This document shows, piece after piece, positions 61,257 to 64,000 of a stretch of DNA of 64,000 bases. Within the stretch, counting starts at the first letter, position 1, and each line of letters begins with the position of its first letter. The position numbers and the translations under genes are program-made. The notes under the pieces are model-generated. The model searched no databases. It worked only from the letters and a program-made list of their open reading frames with translations, and was not told the DNA's origin. This DNA comes from Lama glama (Eukaryota), in assembly GCA_028534125.1 (NCBI GenBank), contig CM052817.1:65164001-65228000 (forward strand), read 5' to 3'.

Positions 61257-64000
61257 ACATATTTTGTAGTTGTTCTTGGATATCTTGGTTTTTACTGGGG
61301 GGGGGGTTCTCTTTGATTTTCAGTTTTGGAGCTTTGTATTGAGATATCTTCAAGCTCAGAGATTCTTTCCTCAGCCACATTCAGGCTACTGATAAGCCCA
61401 TTCAAGGCATCCTTCATTTCTCTTACAGTGTTTTTTCATCTATAGTATTTCTTTTTGGTTCCTTCTTTAAATTTCCATTTCTCTGTTTACATTGCCCATC
61501 TGTTTTTGCATGCTGTCTGCTTTATCCATTAGAGACCTCTGCATATTAATCATAGTTGTTTTTAATTTTCTGTCTGATATTTCCAATATCTCTGTCGTAT
61601 CATTGGTTCAGATGCTTGCTCTGTCTTTTCAAATTGTGCTTTTTACCATTTAGTGTACCTTGTAATTTTTTTTTCCTTTATAGCTGGATATGGTGTATTG
61701 GGCAAAAGGGGTTGCTGTAAATAGGACTTCAGTAATATAGTGGTAAGGTGTTGGGATAGGGGATGTGTTCTATAGCCCTGTGATTAGGTCTCAGTCTTTT
61801 AGTGAATCTGTGTCTCATGTAATGATCCATCTTGATCATTTACATTTCCACTGAATGGAAAAAATAGGTAATGCTTGAACATTACCCTCATTTGCAAGGA
61901 TCTCTGGCAAGTCATCTTGTCTCTCTAAGGGTGTTTTCTAGTGATAGTAATATTTACCTTGCAGAGATGTTTCCAGAATAAAATAATTCATGTAAGGGCA
62001 TTTTGTGAATTCAAGTGTTATACCAATGTAAGGAGTTAAAAAGTTGCTATTTTGCAAACATGTCCATATGTTAACATTTTAATGCCTACAAAGAAATACC
62101 AAAATTTTCTGACATTCTGCTGTTTGTTTAAGAATGTAATCTAAGTTATAAAAAAAAATGTCCCCAGTGGAATTCAAGAAAGCTACTTTGAGATTAAAAA
62201 TATGAATCCTATGATTTTTTTTTCCCTTGAATTGGGCCATGTGCTTGAAAAGTCTCAATAAAGCATATGGCTATCCATCCCAGCTTCACATCTCCCCTCT
62301 GTGACACTGAAAGCCACCCACCACAGACTACTCCATTTCCACGACTTCCACTAATCCCTCCTAGTTCCTCAAAATCTCACAGAATATCCCTGACTATAGA
62401 CTGCTCCTCAAATATTTGAAGAGAGCAGTGTATTCCTCTTGCTAGGTTTTCAAAATTTTTACCAGTCTGACCACTGCTCATCGGATATTTTTAGTTTTCT
62501 ATTTTTCTCTTGGTGTCTAGAATAGAGCAGAGTATTCCAGATATGATATGAATAATACAGAAAGGGTTACTTTCCTCATTCTAGGCCCTGTACTTCTATT
62601 AATATGCCGTTAGTTCATATTAAAGTTTTAGCTAAAACCTTGACTTTTTTTTTAAATAATAGCTGGTGGCTGAGCCATGTTTTACCCATTCTGTTTTCCT
62701 ACAATGGCTTTTTAAGATTCAACTGACGGAATTTAACCTATTCTTTGCAGATTTTGTCTGGTCAGATGCAAACAAAAGTGAAAGAGTATAGGAGACATTT
62801 TTGCTTCCCAACTTTCCATTTCCAGTGAACCGTATCCTAACTTCTTGCCTGTCCTCAGGCCATGAAAAATCCAAGAGCAGCACACCTGAATCCCCAGCAT
62901 TGGCTTTCTTTGTATTTGAACTGATTTGAGTAGGTTTCTGTTCTTTGCACTGAAAACAACCTTTGCTAGAACACAGCATTAACCCAACTAGGGCTCACTT
63001 TACTCATCCTTAGTCTGCAGGACTGGAGACCAGCCTAAGGAGTTGTCCCAAACCGAAAGATCAGGAATTGCAGAAACCTTGACTGAACAACCACCAGAAT
63101 ACAAGAAAATACTCCTGTATATTTTCTCTCTCTTGTACTGAAAATAGAAAAAACAACTGTATAAAAGGATCATTTATGGGGAGGTGGGGAATGCATGAAT
63201 ATATGGTAAACAAAGCTCCGGACTGGGAGTTAGGGGTCACTGATTATTATGCTAATCCTGCTGCACTCAGGTTGTGTGACTGGGGCCAGTCACAGCATTC
63301 CCAGGCTTCAGTTTCTTCAAGTATGAAAATTAGAGTTAGGTAGATTGTATATTTATCTAAGGTGTCTTTCAGCTTGAAATGTCAGCTTCCGGCGTAGCTC
63401 TGGCAGCGCACGCATATCACCACCTTGCCATTCCCTGTAGCAGCTCTCTTTATTCTTGCTTTGGTTTCTGTGTTTGAACGATATTCCTCCCCAAGTCCTG
63501 GAGACAGCCAGGATTTCAGAGTGTGTAACCATTATTCATGGATTCAAGACCTTTCCCATCCCTCTCTATTCTGTATCCAATCTCTTTTTCTCCTCTGAAC
63601 ACATGAAAACCTTCTTCATCCATGTTCTTTGACTTTGATCAAGTCTATTTCTGCTTTGTCAGATCCTCCCAGGCCTAAGGTGAAATCTAGGTTCAGAGGC
63701 AACTATGCATGGAGGGAACTCGACTTGCCACATTGTATCAGCCAAAAACAACAGACGTGGGTTAGTTAACTAGAAACAAGTTTGTGGATATTTTCTGCAT
63801 AAATCCAATTCTTGATAAAGTTATTTTTTTTTATTGTTTATTTCTATGGTTTTGATAGATCTTTTTATGCTTACATTTCTTTATAGTTAAGTAAAAGTCA
63901 TTTAGTATGTTTATATATATTCATGTGTATGCTTAATATTTTAAAATAATTTTTAAATAAATAATACAGAACATATTATAAAATTCAAAAGGTGCAAAAG

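Larger units (their letters stand above)
57125..61815 (-). mobile_element. Long old L1M element with degenerate ORF2 (RT and endonuclease remnants)
   Basis: Minus-strand ORF fragments: [48 protein letters not shown] (RT), TILNVYVPNN...STTIVGDFKTLLSEMDR (endonuclease), KIKMFCFVKNTAKRIKTQATDWGKIFA. Confidence 0.92.

Noticed and set aside
63385..63420. GGCGTAGCTCTGGCAGCGCACG resembling a tRNA/SINE A-box
   Set aside because: No B-box, cloverleaf or SINE tail follows.

Overview
Mammalian genomic DNA (AT-rich, dense in L1/L2/MIR/LTR/DNA-transposon relics). The young L1 3' ends are of cetartiodactyl type; camelid origin is my inference. The window holds the conserved minus-strand gene trio LAMTOR3, DNAJB14 and H2AZ1 (H2AFZ). 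LAMTOR3 contributes exons 1-3 and its CpG-island promoter (1.6-4.4 kb). DNAJB14 contributes coding exons 4-8 and a ~4.8 kb 3' UTR (9-21.5 kb). H2AZ1 is complete: five coding exons, 387 nt, H2A.Z.1 isoform, with a TATA/CCAAT/GC-box CpG-island promoter (33.1-35.7 kb). DNAJB14 exons 1-3 and the H2AZ1 poly(A) signal are absent and must lie in the 500-N placeholder gap at 32292-32791, which therefore probably hides far more than 500 bp. From 36 to 64 kb the sequence is intergenic and repeat-rich. I found no support for a new multi-gene system. The most interesting unexplained features are a candidate poison exon/microexon cluster in DNAJB14 intron 3, a (TG)12-A-(CA)14 perfect hairpin in the DNAJB14 3' UTR, a twin-primed inverted L1, a degenerate ~60-bp tandem array, and a MiT/TFE-type M-box overlapping a start-stop uORF in LAMTOR3 exon 1. 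Repeat family names come from recalled consensus sequences and their boundaries are approximate.
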